The notes beneath the pieces were generated by a model, which worked only from the letters and a program-made list of their open reading frames with translations, searched no databases and was not told the DNA's origin. DNA of 64,000 nucleotides from Cyanobacteria bacterium P01_A01_bin.123 (GTDB lineage: Bacteria > Cyanobacteriota > Cyanobacteriia > Phormidesmidales > Phormidesmidaceae): assembly GCA_039815185.1 (NCBI GenBank), contig JBCBZT010000015.1, positions 32,001 to 96,000 of the forward strand. Direction: 5' to 3'. The position numbers and the translations under genes were made by a program. Of this stretch, positions 49,546 to 59,244 are shown piece after piece; position 1 is the stretch's first letter; the number at the start of each line of letters is the position of its first letter.

Positions 49546-51665
49546 GACTCCTGCCCAAACCACTTTTGGTAAATTTCGTCATACTGTTCGGTTTCAAAAA
49601 GTTTTAGCAGGCTGGCGTTAATTACTTCTCGATAGTCGCTATCTTGGGCCATGGCAATGCCGTAGCTAAGTTCTTTGTGAAACACAGGGCCAACGACTTT
49701 GACTTTACCTTGACCGTCGTGGGCGGCATAGTGCTGAAGCACAGGGGCATCGTAGACTACAGCATCAAATTGGTTATCAATTAGCCCTTGAAACACTTCT
49801 TCTTGGGTCGCATAGTCGCGAAAAAACAGTCCGGGTTGGCGGGCTAAGTAGTCGGCAGCGGCGCTGTTGGCGATCGTGGCGATGCGTTTACCGGGTAAAT
49901 CTCCTGGGCCGCGAATGTTGCCTTGGAGTTCTTGCACGGTGAAGGAGCTGGCAATGGTCGCCGTGAAGTAAGCGAGCACAAAATAACCAAAAAACATCCA
50001 TAACAATCCAAAAACGCGGCCCAATGCCCGTTGGGGTACCTTGTCGCCATAGCCCACGGTGGTTACGGTTACCGCAGCCCACCAAAAGGCTTCCCAAATA
50101 CCGGATAGGTAACGGCTAGGAAACTGGGCATTGTGGCGATGTTCCGACAGCCATAAAATATGGGCCACCCCCAGCAAAATGAAGACTAAAATGCCGATCC
50201 CGTAATACAATCTGGGCGATCGCAGGACAGCAATCACCACACCAAAGACTTCGGTTAAGGCCGTATCACCCTGGCTAGAGACCAAAACCTGTAACCCCGA
50301 CTCAAAGAACGCATGGGAAAAATCTAGGGATTCTTCTCCATAGGAGGTAATGCCAATCCCTGCCACGGCTAGGTCGGCGGCCCCCCGCTCGACGTCGTCG
50401 AGCATTTTGGCCAGGGAGTTAACCCCCACAAGCTCATAGGTGATGTTGAGATCGGCCGCGATCGCTTTCCAGAGGTCAATACTAAAACCGCTGTAATCTT
50501 GACTTTGATAAGTGACAAAGGGCTCAAACTGCTTCGTCACAACCCTCAGGGTCTGACCTTCATAGGGGGAAGTTGTGGGTTCAGGGTCCGGAACTGCCGC
50601 AGACGAGGGAGGGCTGGTCTCGGCAATTTCCTGAGCAATCGCCAACCAAGGATCAACGCGATCGCGGTTAGCCGCAATCCACTGACGGGCATGGTCGCGA
50701 ATATCAGCTTTAGAATCTTCTCCTGAGAGCATTTTGGCGTTTTGGCTGGTGATCTCCGCTAGGGGAATTTCAATCTGTTCCAATAGCGCTCGCACTGCCG
50801 GGTTAGTCTGCAGGAAGGCACGATTAGCTACGGCTCGAATGTCGTTGGGCGGAAACCCCATGGCGCAGGGATCAGCCACACAACCCGGCACCCCTGGCAC
50901 GACCGTTTCACTCTCTAAAGATTTTTGAGCCACAGGCAGACTCGGAAAAGGCACCTCCAACCACACCACATCTTGCCCCGGCACCAGCTGACTAATAGTC
51001 CAGTTGGGTGTCCAGGAATAAAACAGCATGGATTCCCCCTGGCGATAGCGATCAATGGCGTTTTTTAGCATGGGGGTATAGTCGCCGTGGAGATGCTCAA
51101 CCGTTTCGGTTAACCCGTAGGCGTCCAAATGCTGATCGATGATCTCGGCGCAGCTCCAGTCCTGGTTGCAGCCGATTAGATCTGCCTTGCGATCGCCGTC
51201 ACGGTCAAACTGCTTGGCAATATCGGGATCAGCCAAATCCTCTAAATTGCGGATGTTGAACTGATCTGCTGTGGTCTTGTCGATTAAGTATCCCTGGAGT
51301 GCTCCCCCAGGAACCTCAAACCCCACCACCTCGACCTGATCCGCAATGTCATCGCGGTTGAGAAAGCTGTTATGAGATGGAAACCAGCCGTTGGCCCACA
51401 GATCGACCTCGCCTTCAGCAACAGCAGTGTAAAACGCTTCATTGTCTAAGGTGCGTGGTTCACTCACGCTGTAGCCCAACTCTTGCAGTAAGGCCCGAAA
51501 GATCTCTGTTTGAAACCAGCCCGTATCCCAAGTGGGTCTGGCAATGTTGATCGGGGATGCTGCCTTTACCTCAGATACTGCTGATAGGCTCAATAGCCAA
51601 GCCAGAGCCAAGCCCAACAACACCCATCCCAAAGCTTTGAATCGAGATCCCATGATCAACCACAT
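49542..51665 (-). CDS. Fusion of a ProX-type betaine-binding domain and a GluR0-like ligand-gated K+ channel
   Basis: Signal peptide; ProX motifs NGWFPSH, GCNQDWSC and YSWTPNW; Pro linker; S1 (FEPF, GFSIDLW); M1; pore TTVGYGD; M2 AYFTATIAS; S2 (DAPVL, YGIA, KWF). Confidence 0.9.
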   Translation of the reverse strand: MWLIMGSRFKALGWVLLGLALAWLLSLSAVSEVKAASPINIARPTWDTGWFQTEIFRALLQELGYSVSEPRTLDNEAFYTAVAEGEVDLWANGWFPSHNSFLNRDDIADQVEVVGFEVPGGALQGYLIDKTTADQFNIRNLEDLADPDIAKQFDRDGDRKADLIGCNQDWSCAEIIDQHLDAYGLTETVEHLHGDYTPMLKNAIDRYRQGESMLFYSWTPNWTISQLVPGQDVVWLEVPFPSLPVAQKSLESETVVPGVPGCVADPCAMGFPPNDIRAVANRAFLQTNPAVRALLEQIEIPLAEITSQNAKMLSGEDSKADIRDHARQWIAANRDRVDPWLAIAQEIAETSPPSSAAVPDPEPTTSPYEGQTLRVVTKQFEPFVTYQSQDYSGFSIDLWKAIAADLNITYELVGVNSLAKMLDDVERGAADLAVAGIGITSYGEESLDFSHAFFESGLQVLVSSQGDTALTEVFGVVIAVLRSPRLYYGIGILVFILLGVAHILWLSEHRHNAQFPSRYLSGIWEAFWWAAVTVTTVGYGDKVPQRALGRVFGLLWMFFGYFVLAYFTATIASSFTVQELQGNIRGPGDLPGKRIATIANSAAADYLARQPGLFFRDYATQEEVFQGLIDNQFDAVVYDAPVLQHYAAHDGQGKVKVVGPVFHKELSYGIAMAQDSDYREVINASLLKLFETEQYDEIYQKWFGQES

Positions 51666-51687
51666 CCGATTTAAAAACTTGAGTTTT

Positions 51688-51792
51688 CGTAGCGCTAACT
51701 AGATTGCTGCATCCACCGAGGATCGCTAAAGGTCTTAGTCTACAAGCAATCTAGCTCGCAGTCGCGCACAAAGGTTGGTGGCGACTGCTATA
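51688..51792 (+). mobile_element. MITE-like repeat family A copy (105 bp, diverged)
   Basis: CGTAGCGCTAACTAGATTGC...GCAATCTAGCTCGCAGTCGCGCACAAAG...GCGACTGCTATA. Confidence 0.7.
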
Positions 51793-51897
51793 GCTTAAGG
51801 GAAAACGATAAATCTAGATGTCATCAAAACTATTTCACAAAAAATAAACCCCCAGAGAAATCTGGGGGCAAAACACCAACCAAGTCTAGTTCAAAAC

Positions 51898-52053
51898 TCA
51901 AATATCATTAGCATTAATCCATTCCGAAAGGGGCTCACCATCAAATGGCTGAACGCCAATATTGGGATATTCATCATCAATTGGGCTAAAAATTCGACCA
52001 AAGCCCTCTGAAAGGTATCGTGCGACGCCATCTAGCATTTCGGCAATTTTCAT
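51898..52053 (-). CDS. atpT: Small protein, probably the ATP synthase inhibitor AtpTheta (Norf1)
   Basis: 51 aa; amphipathic N-terminal helix then RIFSPIDDEYPNIGVQPFDGEP, matching my recollection of the family; GAGG RBS; terminator-like stem at about 51849-51868. Confidence 0.6.
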   Translation of the reverse strand: MKIAEMLDGVARYLSEGFGRIFSPIDDEYPNIGVQPFDGEPLSEWINANDI

Positions 52054-52487
52054 AACAGTTACCTCTTCTAGGTTGATGGAAATCAAGCGCCAAAAGCTGT
52101 CAAAAGCGATGCAAGTTTCAGAATCTTCCACAATTGGAAATCTTACCTTTCGACATCCATTGACTTCACCTAAATCCTAAGGCAATTTATCTTCTATGTT
52201 GGCTATAGCTAATATTCTTCACAGCTTAGGGGTAGCCGCAGCCTTTTTTAATGAAGAAAGATTTATTAGTTTAAATGATTATCACAGCGTAACCACGCCA
52301 TGCTTAACTCACGTTAATTCCAAAGTTATAGACGTAGTTTGAAGAGCCTATACTACAGAATAGATAACCCTACATCAATAAAGTTCCAGAGATTGTCATC
52401 ATGACTGATACAGTCTCTCCATTGGTGGTTTAGTCTGAGCTTGCCAAGCATAACCTTAGCTGTCATAAAAGGCGCTGGAGTTTTTCT

Positions 52488-53021
52488 ATGTTTAAAAAAA
52501 TATTGGTTGCTGTCGATGATTCCGAAATTACCCCCGATTTAGTCAGTCGCGCGATCGCATTAGCCAAAGCGACCCATGCCCATCTCAAATTTTTAACCGT
52601 ACTGTATCCGATCAGTGTCGGCTACCCAAACCCGATTGATCTGACTGTAGACGGTATACCCTCAACGGTCTCTACCGAAGCCTTTCAGCGCTACCTGGAC
52701 ACCTGGAAGCAAGCTCAAGCTGAATCCTTAAATCGGCTAGTCAATTGGGTTAAACAAGCTGAGACCGCCGGGGTTGAAGCCAGTTATGAACAAGAATTGG
52801 GAGAGCCGAGTCGGCTCATCTGTGACATTGCCGCCTATTGGCAAGCTGATGTTATTTTGATCGGGCGACGGGGTCGGGTTGGCATTAGCGAATTGCTGCT
52901 GGGCAGCGTCAGCAACGCCGTCATGCACCATGCCTCCTGCTCTGTGTTGACTATCCAAGGACACACCAGCCGCTCATCTCCCTCGACAGTCACTGCCGAA
53001 CAAACTGCAACTGTTGAGTGA
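52488..53021 (+). CDS. Universal stress protein
   Basis: MFKKILVAVD and GRRGRVGISELLLGSVSNAVMHHASCSVL. Confidence 0.93.
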   Translation: MFKKILVAVDDSEITPDLVSRAIALAKATHAHLKFLTVLYPISVGYPNPIDLTVDGIPSTVSTEAFQRYLDTWKQAQAESLNRLVNWVKQAETAGVEASYEQELGEPSRLICDIAAYWQADVILIGRRGRVGISELLLGSVSNAVMHHASCSVLTIQGHTSRSSPSTVTAEQTATVE

Positions 53022-53097
53022 GTCATTGGGTAGGTTAGGCTGGTCGGGGTATGGTTAATCTTTCTGATTCTTTTATTTACTGGAAAGTGCGGGTTTC

Positions 53098-54411
53098 ATG
53101 CGGCTACTTTGCATCAGTCATGGTTATGCAGAAGACAGGGCTGCACTGAAAGTTTTGGAAGCGCTGCGCCATCTGCCCCAAGCCCCTGAGCTTTTTGCCC
53201 TGCCTCTGGTTGGCTCGGGACAGGGCTACCTCAATGCAGGCATACCCGTAATTGGCCCAGCCCAGGATCTAGAGCCGGCTCGCCGAACCTATGCGAAAGG
53301 GGATGACCGTGGGCAAGCTCTGGGCCAGGGCTTCAGGAGTTTGCCAGGGCTTCTGGCTCAGTTTCAGGCCGTGAGGCAATGGGCTAAGACGGGACAAGGG
53401 ATTTTAGCGGTTGGCGGTTGGTTCCCATTAATGTTGGCTTGGGCCAGTGGTTTGCCCTACAGCGTTGTAGATACCACCAAATCAGACTATTGTTTTCGAG
53501 ATGAAGCCGGTAACTTATCTAAACGTCCTGGGGGCGCTAGGCTAGCGACCTGGGCCAAATCTGTTTACTTACCTTGGGAACGCTGGCTGCTGAGTCGGCC
53601 CCGTTGTCGGGGAGTTTTTGTCCGAGACGCGTTGACCGAAGCGGGGTTGAAGCGTTGGCCCATACCCGTGATGCATTTGGGGAACCCGGTCATGGATGGG
53701 TTGCAGCCCACCAGTAAAGGTTCGCTGGTGCCCATGGCCGCCTTGCCAGAAGAAAAGCAACTTTTGACCGGAGTCCTATTACCGGGGGAGCGATCGCCGG
53801 AGGTACAGCAAAACTGGAACCGCATTTTAGACGCCATTCAAGGGTTAATGCGGGGGAAAACCGAGCGGGTGCGACTGCTGGCGGCGATCGCCTCTGACCT
53901 CAATTTAACCCCGTTTCGAGAAGCTTTATTGAAGCGGGGGTGGCACCTGCACCCTTCCAATCTGCCCATTCCTGACAGCACGGGCATGGTGATGGCAACG
54001 GTACACCAAGTTGCCACCTACCCGACCTATACCTATGGCAAAGCTACCCTGGCGCTAGTGCAGAATGCTTTTCCAGACTGTTTGCACCAGGCCGACTTTG
54101 CGATTTCCATGGCTAGCACTGCCACCGAGCAATTCGTGGGTTTAGGTAAACCTGCCATTACCCTAGTGGGAGATGGCCCCCTTTTTACCTTGCCCTTTGC
54201 CCAGGCCCAGGCGCGGTTATTGGGCCCCTCAGTCATTTTGGTGAAGCAACCTGAGGAAGTCGGGCCTGCCATGCGATCGCTGCTGCAAGACCCCGATCAT
54301 CTACAAATGATTAGCGACAACGGTAAGCGGCGGTTGGGGCCCCCCGGTGCCACCTACCGCATTGCCCAGGCCTTGATGGAAAAAATGGGCTGGGCTGAGG
54401 CGTTAACTTAA
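53098..54411 (+). CDS. Lipid-A-disaccharide-synthase-related cyanobacterial protein
   Basis: LCISHGYAED, LPLVG.G, LGNPVMDGL and TATEQFVGLGKP. Confidence 0.8.
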   Translation: MRLLCISHGYAEDRAALKVLEALRHLPQAPELFALPLVGSGQGYLNAGIPVIGPAQDLEPARRTYAKGDDRGQALGQGFRSLPGLLAQFQAVRQWAKTGQGILAVGGWFPLMLAWASGLPYSVVDTTKSDYCFRDEAGNLSKRPGGARLATWAKSVYLPWERWLLSRPRCRGVFVRDALTEAGLKRWPIPVMHLGNPVMDGLQPTSKGSLVPMAALPEEKQLLTGVLLPGERSPEVQQNWNRILDAIQGLMRGKTERVRLLAAIASDLNLTPFREALLKRGWHLHPSNLPIPDSTGMVMATVHQVATYPTYTYGKATLALVQNAFPDCLHQADFAISMASTATEQFVGLGKPAITLVGDGPLFTLPFAQAQARLLGPSVILVKQPEEVGPAMRSLLQDPDHLQMISDNGKRRLGPPGATYRIAQALMEKMGWAEALT

Positions 54412-54824
54412 AATCTTCTGCCAAAGCCAAAGGACGGATCGCCCATGGTGTCGTAGAAAGTCAAGCCCAAGGGTAAATTAACATCGCCGTTGTCGTCCAC
54501 CAAATTATCAATCAACGCGTCTAACTCTGGAGACCCCAAGGCATCCAGAATGTCAGGCTCCGTATCTGCTTCCCCTCGGATTGAACGGTTAATCTGACTC
54601 GCAACTGTAGTGGTCAAAGTGGCATCGGTTTCAATTTCCATTTCCCGCATTTCTAGGGGATACAGCACTGCTGCTGAGTTGGATTGTGGCTGCGTCGAAG
54701 TTTGGGGTGTATCGGCCCAAGCCGGAACCGCTATCCCCACGACTATACCCATCGCTAGGGTAGAACAGGTTGCAGCTACAGACGCCGTGATTGGAAATGC
54801 CGTCGAGGGGAATGCAAAGTTCAT
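54408..54824 (-). CDS. Hypothetical secreted acidic protein
   Basis: Signal-like N-terminus (PAWA); C-terminal Phe. Confidence 0.65.
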   Translation of the reverse strand: MNFAFPSTAFPITASVAATCSTLAMGIVVGIAVPAWADTPQTSTQPQSNSAAVLYPLEMREMEIETDATLTTTVASQINRSIRGEADTEPDILDALGSPELDALIDNLVDDNGDVNLPLGLTFYDTMGDPSFGFGRRF

Positions 54825-55294
54825 TAGGGTACTCCCTTACAGAATTGGCGTTAACACATGGATCTTTGATCGCGCGGGTAGTGCTGCCCGTTCACTCCTG
54901 TTTGGAAATCGAGTCAATGGATAATGAGACTCAATGGGTAAATGACTGTCTTATCTATTCGTACCCAGCTTCACCTAACACTCAACATTTCCTAGGCAAG
55001 TTGGCAAGAATCTTAATTGGCCTGGCAACATCCCAACATTCGCGTGGTCAGGCTTAAAACTTTATGTAAAACTTCAGGGCCTTATATCTCTGATGGCAAA
55101 ATTCAAGACTGAAAGCGGCATTTTATGCCCTTAGCTTAAGAAACATGGGGCTTAGCGAATATGCGATCGCTGCAAACGCATCAACTTGATTGTCCCTTGA
55201 CTAAACGCTGACTTTCATCCCCCATAGGTATGCATTCCTGTCTAGGGGGCTTCAATATATATTGAGAAACCTCAACCCTGTGTCACGGTGGTTT

Positions 55295-55309
55295 ATAACT
55301 TTTAGTTAT
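55295..55309. promoter_or_regulatory. Putative LysR-type (CbbR/CmpR-like) operator upstream of rbcL
   Basis: Palindrome ATAAC-TTTTA-GTTAT containing T-N11-A. Confidence 0.45.
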
Positions 55310-55574
55310 GAATATATACAGATCTTCCAAAACCAGACTTATTAGTTAGCTGATAGTATTCTTAGTGCAGAAGGTACTGCATAGAGCTGAAGTTTAAGTG
55401 GGGCGGCTATTATAGGTTTTGCCCTGTTTTAAGTTGCCTATTTAAGGCCTGTTTGTTTCGAACACCTACCCAGCGCTTACCTCAGGTTTCCAGCCACATT
55501 TGGCCTGTTGAATTCCTTGGGTTGAGGTGTGGAGGGTTCGTGCGTGGTTTTGTTGGATTCACAGGAAGGGAGAT

Positions 55575-57005
55575 ATGTCTTACTCGCAGACATCGACTCA
55601 GTCAAAGGCTGGATATAATGCCGGGGTTCAGGATTACAAACTGACCTACTACACTCCGGATTACACACCTAAAGATACGGATATTTTGGCCGCATTCCGG
55701 ATGACCCCACAGCCAGGGGTACCGCCAGAAGAGTGTGCAGCAGCAGTTGCAGCAGAATCCTCCACAGGTACTTGGACCACCGTATGGACTGACCTTTTAA
55801 CCGATATGGATCGGTATAAGGGGCGTTGCTATGACATCGAGCCAGTGCCTGGCGAAGATAATCAATACATTTGCTACGTTGCCTATCCGTTGGATTTGTT
55901 TGAAGAAGGTTCAGTTACTAACTTATTAACCTCCTTAGTCGGCAACGTGTTTGGGTTTAAGGCCCTGCGCGCCCTGCGTCTAGAAGATTTGCGGATTCCG
56001 GTTGCTTACCTCAAGACGTTCCAGGGACCGCCCCACGGGATTCAAGTTGAGCGCGACAAGATCAACAAGTATGGCCGTCCCCTCCTGGGCTGCACCATTA
56101 AGCCCAAGTTGGGTCTGTCTGCTAAGAACTATGGCCGCGCGGTTTATGAGTGTCTGCGGGGCGGGTTGGACTTCACTAAGGATGACGAGAACATCAACTC
56201 CCAGCCTTTCCAGCGCTGGCGCGATCGCTTCTTGTTCGTTGCTGATGCCATCCATAAGTCTCAGGCAGAGACCGGCGAAATCAAAGGTCACTACTTAAAC
56301 GTGACTGCTGCCACCTGCGACGAAATGATGAAGCGGGCCGAGTTTGCCAAGGAACTCGAAATGCCCATTGTCATGCATGACTTCTTGACTGCGGGTTTCA
56401 CAGCGAACACCACCCTGTCTCACTGGTGCCGTGACAATGGTTTGCTGCTGCATATTCACCGTGCCATGCACGCAGTCATTGACCGTCAGAAGAACCACGG
56501 TATTCACTTCCGCGTTTTGGCTAAGTGCTTGCGCATGTCTGGGGGTGACCACATTCACACCGGTACTGTGGTGGGTAAGCTTGAAGGTGACCGGGCTGGC
56601 ACCTTAGGTTTTGTTGACCTCCTTCGCGAAAACTACATTGAGCAAGACAAGTCTCGTGGGGTTTACTTCACCCAAGACTGGGCTTCGATGGGCGGCGTCA
56701 TGGCTGTCGCTTCCGGTGGTATCCACGTCTGGCACATGCCTGCGTTGGTTGAAATCTTCGGCGATGACTCTGTTCTCCAATTTGGCGGTGGTACACTGGG
56801 TCACCCTTGGGGGAATGCACCGGGTGCAACCGCTAACCGCGTAGCTTTGGAAGCCTGTGTTCAGGCCCGTAACGAAGGTCGCAACCTGGCCCGTGAAGGT
56901 GGCGATATTATTCGTGAAGCCTGCAAGTGGTCTCCTGAGTTGGCGGCAGCTTGCGAACTTTGGAAAGAAATCAAGTTCGAATTCGAGACTGTGGACACGA
57001 TCTAA
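55575..57005 (+). CDS. rbcL: RuBisCO large subunit, form IB
   Basis: [17 protein letters not shown] catalytic motif; ATG at 55575 after GGGAG. Confidence 0.99.
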   Translation: MSYSQTSTQSKAGYNAGVQDYKLTYYTPDYTPKDTDILAAFRMTPQPGVPPEECAAAVAAESSTGTWTTVWTDLLTDMDRYKGRCYDIEPVPGEDNQYICYVAYPLDLFEEGSVTNLLTSLVGNVFGFKALRALRLEDLRIPVAYLKTFQGPPHGIQVERDKINKYGRPLLGCTIKPKLGLSAKNYGRAVYECLRGGLDFTKDDENINSQPFQRWRDRFLFVADAIHKSQAETGEIKGHYLNVTAATCDEMMKRAEFAKELEMPIVMHDFLTAGFTANTTLSHWCRDNGLLLHIHRAMHAVIDRQKNHGIHFRVLAKCLRMSGGDHIHTGTVVGKLEGDRAGTLGFVDLLRENYIEQDKSRGVYFTQDWASMGGVMAVASGGIHVWHMPALVEIFGDDSVLQFGGGTLGHPWGNAPGATANRVALEACVQARNEGRNLAREGGDIIREACKWSPELAAACELWKEIKFEFETVDTI

Positions 57006-57011
57006 TGCCCC

Positions 57012-57049
57012 TATTTGGGATGGCAGTCTTCAAATTGCCATCCCAAATA
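57012..57049 (+). terminator. Stem-loop after rbcL (mRNA stabiliser/attenuator)
   Basis: TATTTGGGATGGCA...TGCCATCCCAAATA 14-bp stem without a U-tract. Confidence 0.7.
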
Positions 57050-57180
57050 CTGGAGCTCACATTGCTTTTGTGCTGAGGTAATCTCCATTTACCGAATGTT
57101 ATCGGCAGTGTGCCTACAGCTACAAATAAGCGGTTGATATTCGCTTTAATGTCGGTTAATCCCTCATTGGAGAGTAACCT

Positions 57181-57594
57181 ATGGATCTCAAGCGAATTGC
57201 TAAAGATACGGCAAAGGTGCTAACGAGCTACTTAACCTATCAAGCGGTTCGCACGGTCATGATGCAGCTCCGGGAAACCAATGTTCCATTATCCTATCGG
57301 CTCAACGAGTTTGCGACTCGCGATAAGTTACAGGATGGTGAAGTTTTCCTCGAAGACTTGTTTCAAGAGCAGCCGGAATTGGCATTACGGGTCATGACGG
57401 TACGCCTTCATCTTGCGGAAGAAGTTGCAGAATTTCTCCCAGAGATGGTGACGACAGGGATTCAACAAGCCAATATGGAACACCAGAAAAAGCATTTAGA
57501 GCGAATTACCGGCATGTCTGTTCGGTCAACTGCAACGGAACCGTCGTCGGAACCCGATATCTCTAATCGAGAAGCGGACGATCCGTCGGATTGA
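57181..57594 (+). CDS. rbcX: RuBisCO assembly chaperone
   Basis: IAKDTAKVLTSYLTYQAVR and LALRVMTVR.HLAEEV; lies between rbcL and rbcS. Confidence 0.97.
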   Translation: MDLKRIAKDTAKVLTSYLTYQAVRTVMMQLRETNVPLSYRLNEFATRDKLQDGEVFLEDLFQEQPELALRVMTVRLHLAEEVAEFLPEMVTTGIQQANMEHQKKHLERITGMSVRSTATEPSSEPDISNREADDPSD

Positions 57595-57649
57595 CTCAAC
57601 TTTCTCTAGAAAGTTTCTCACTGTAAACTGACATCTTGCGAACGAAATT

Positions 57650-57997
57650 ATGAAAACTCTGCCAAAAGAGCGTCGTTACGAAACGCTGTCCTATTTGCCC
57701 CCGTTAACTGACGCCCAAATCGAAAGACAAATTCAGTACATTCTTGCCCAGGGTTATTTCCCAGCAATTGAGTTCAACGAAACATCTGATCCTGAAGTTT
57801 ATTATTGGACGATGTGGAAATTGCCGTTGTTCAACGTTAAAAGCACTCGCGAAGTTTTGGACGAAGTTCAAGCTTGCCGCTCTGAGTATCCCAATTGTTT
57901 TATTCGCGTTGTTGGGTTTGATAATGTTAAGCAGTGCCAAATCCTCAGTTTCATCGTGCACAAGCCTGGGTCTAGTAGCAGCGGTTATCGCTATTAA
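57650..57997 (+). CDS. rbcS: RuBisCO small subunit
   Basis: [23 protein letters not shown] and IRVVGFDN. Confidence 0.99.
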   Translation: MKTLPKERRYETLSYLPPLTDAQIERQIQYILAQGYFPAIEFNETSDPEVYYWTMWKLPLFNVKSTREVLDEVQACRSEYPNCFIRVVGFDNVKQCQILSFIVHKPGSSSSGYRY

Positions 57998-58071
57998 ATC
58001 TTGTCAAAGTCAATGTGTGAGCAACTCACGCGAACGCTTTTGTTGAGCGGTTAGTACGAATGACTAGTGCT

Positions 58072-58100
58072 AAAGGGTGAACTTTGGTTCACCCTTTTTT
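58072..58100 (+). terminator. rbc operon terminator
   Basis: AAAGGGTGAAC..GTTCACCCTTTTTT. Confidence 0.85.
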
Positions 58101-58339
58101 ATGCGAGAGTTTCCTCTTGTAGTGTATTAATATATCTACCTGCTTTTTTAGAACCGTCATGACCTATAGTCGATAATCGCGACAGAGAACATCTCGGACG
58201 GGATATCGCGCGGAGCAAACGAATATTAAGCAACAGGCCCATTGATCATGGTAACTACTTTGATATAAAAGGTATTGCTAAGAAAATAGCTTGTGAAATC
58301 ATTCAATATTAACCCGTTGCTACAAATGGATTGGTGGCT

Positions 58340-59116
58340 ATGGCGCGATCGCATGTTTTATTTTCTCTGCTGTTGTCGCCCTCATTTATGTTGATTGGGT
58401 GTCAACCCCCCGCGCTCGTCGCCATCACATCACGACCCTTAGGCATCTCCTTTGAGGCAGCATTGCTCAAGGTGCCTGACACCTTTTACCCCACCCCTTC
58501 TGCCGAAGACAAAGCTAGAGCAGCCGCTTTGCGTGCTGAGGGTATTGCGCTGCGTAATCAGGGCCAGCGTGAGGCGGCGATCGCCACCCTACAAGAATCG
58601 GTAACGCTTGACTCTGAAGCCCTGGATGGATACGTCATTTTAGGTTGGACTCAACATTTAGCCGCTCAGCGCGAGGCTGCCGCTGCTACCCTACTTAAAG
58701 CCCTGAATCGAGATGCCAATCACGTCCCGGCCTTGAATGCCCTAGGCATTGTTTACTTAGTCGATGGTCAGCTTGAGGCTGCGGTCGAAACCCACCAACA
58801 AGCCCAAACGCTCACCCCAGACAACGAAATCGCAGCCTACAATCTCAGCCTGGCCTACCAGCGCTTACAAACCCTCGACCAAGCCATTGAACAGGCCAAT
58901 CGAGCTACCCAGCTGGAACCCAATAACCCTCATCCCTGGGTGGCTTTAGCGATCGCGTATTACAGCAACAACAACATCGACCAAGCCCGGCAAGCCTATG
59001 GTCAAGCCCTACGGTTAGATGGTCGCTATGGCGATCGCAGCTTTTTAAGCCATCTTGAACAAGCTGGATTTAGTCCAGAACAAATTGAACTGACTTATGA
59101 AGTTGCTGGACTGTAA
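58340..59116 (+). CDS. TPR lipoprotein-like protein
   Basis: LIGC lipobox-like motif; several TPR repeats. Confidence 0.85.
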   Translation: MARSHVLFSLLLSPSFMLIGCQPPALVAITSRPLGISFEAALLKVPDTFYPTPSAEDKARAAALRAEGIALRNQGQREAAIATLQESVTLDSEALDGYVILGWTQHLAAQREAAAATLLKALNRDANHVPALNALGIVYLVDGQLEAAVETHQQAQTLTPDNEIAAYNLSLAYQRLQTLDQAIEQANRATQLEPNNPHPWVALAIAYYSNNNIDQARQAYGQALRLDGRYGDRSFLSHLEQAGFSPEQIELTYEVAGL

Positions 59117-59244
59117 CCCTACTCCTCCTGATTCGACCTTTATTCCTTTATTTCCAAAAACTTTATCCTCTGACGCTCTCCCGAACTTAAGTTTTTTATC
59201 CTAGGAGGTAATAATTAAGTGGAAAGTGAAGTCTTCATATCTAT

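Noticed and set aside
55527..55574. N-terminal extension of RbcL
   Set aside because: The canonical start with an RBS is at 55575.
55575..57997. rbcLXS without adjacent ccm genes as unusual
   Set aside because: Separation of rbc and ccm operons is common in beta-cyanobacteria.
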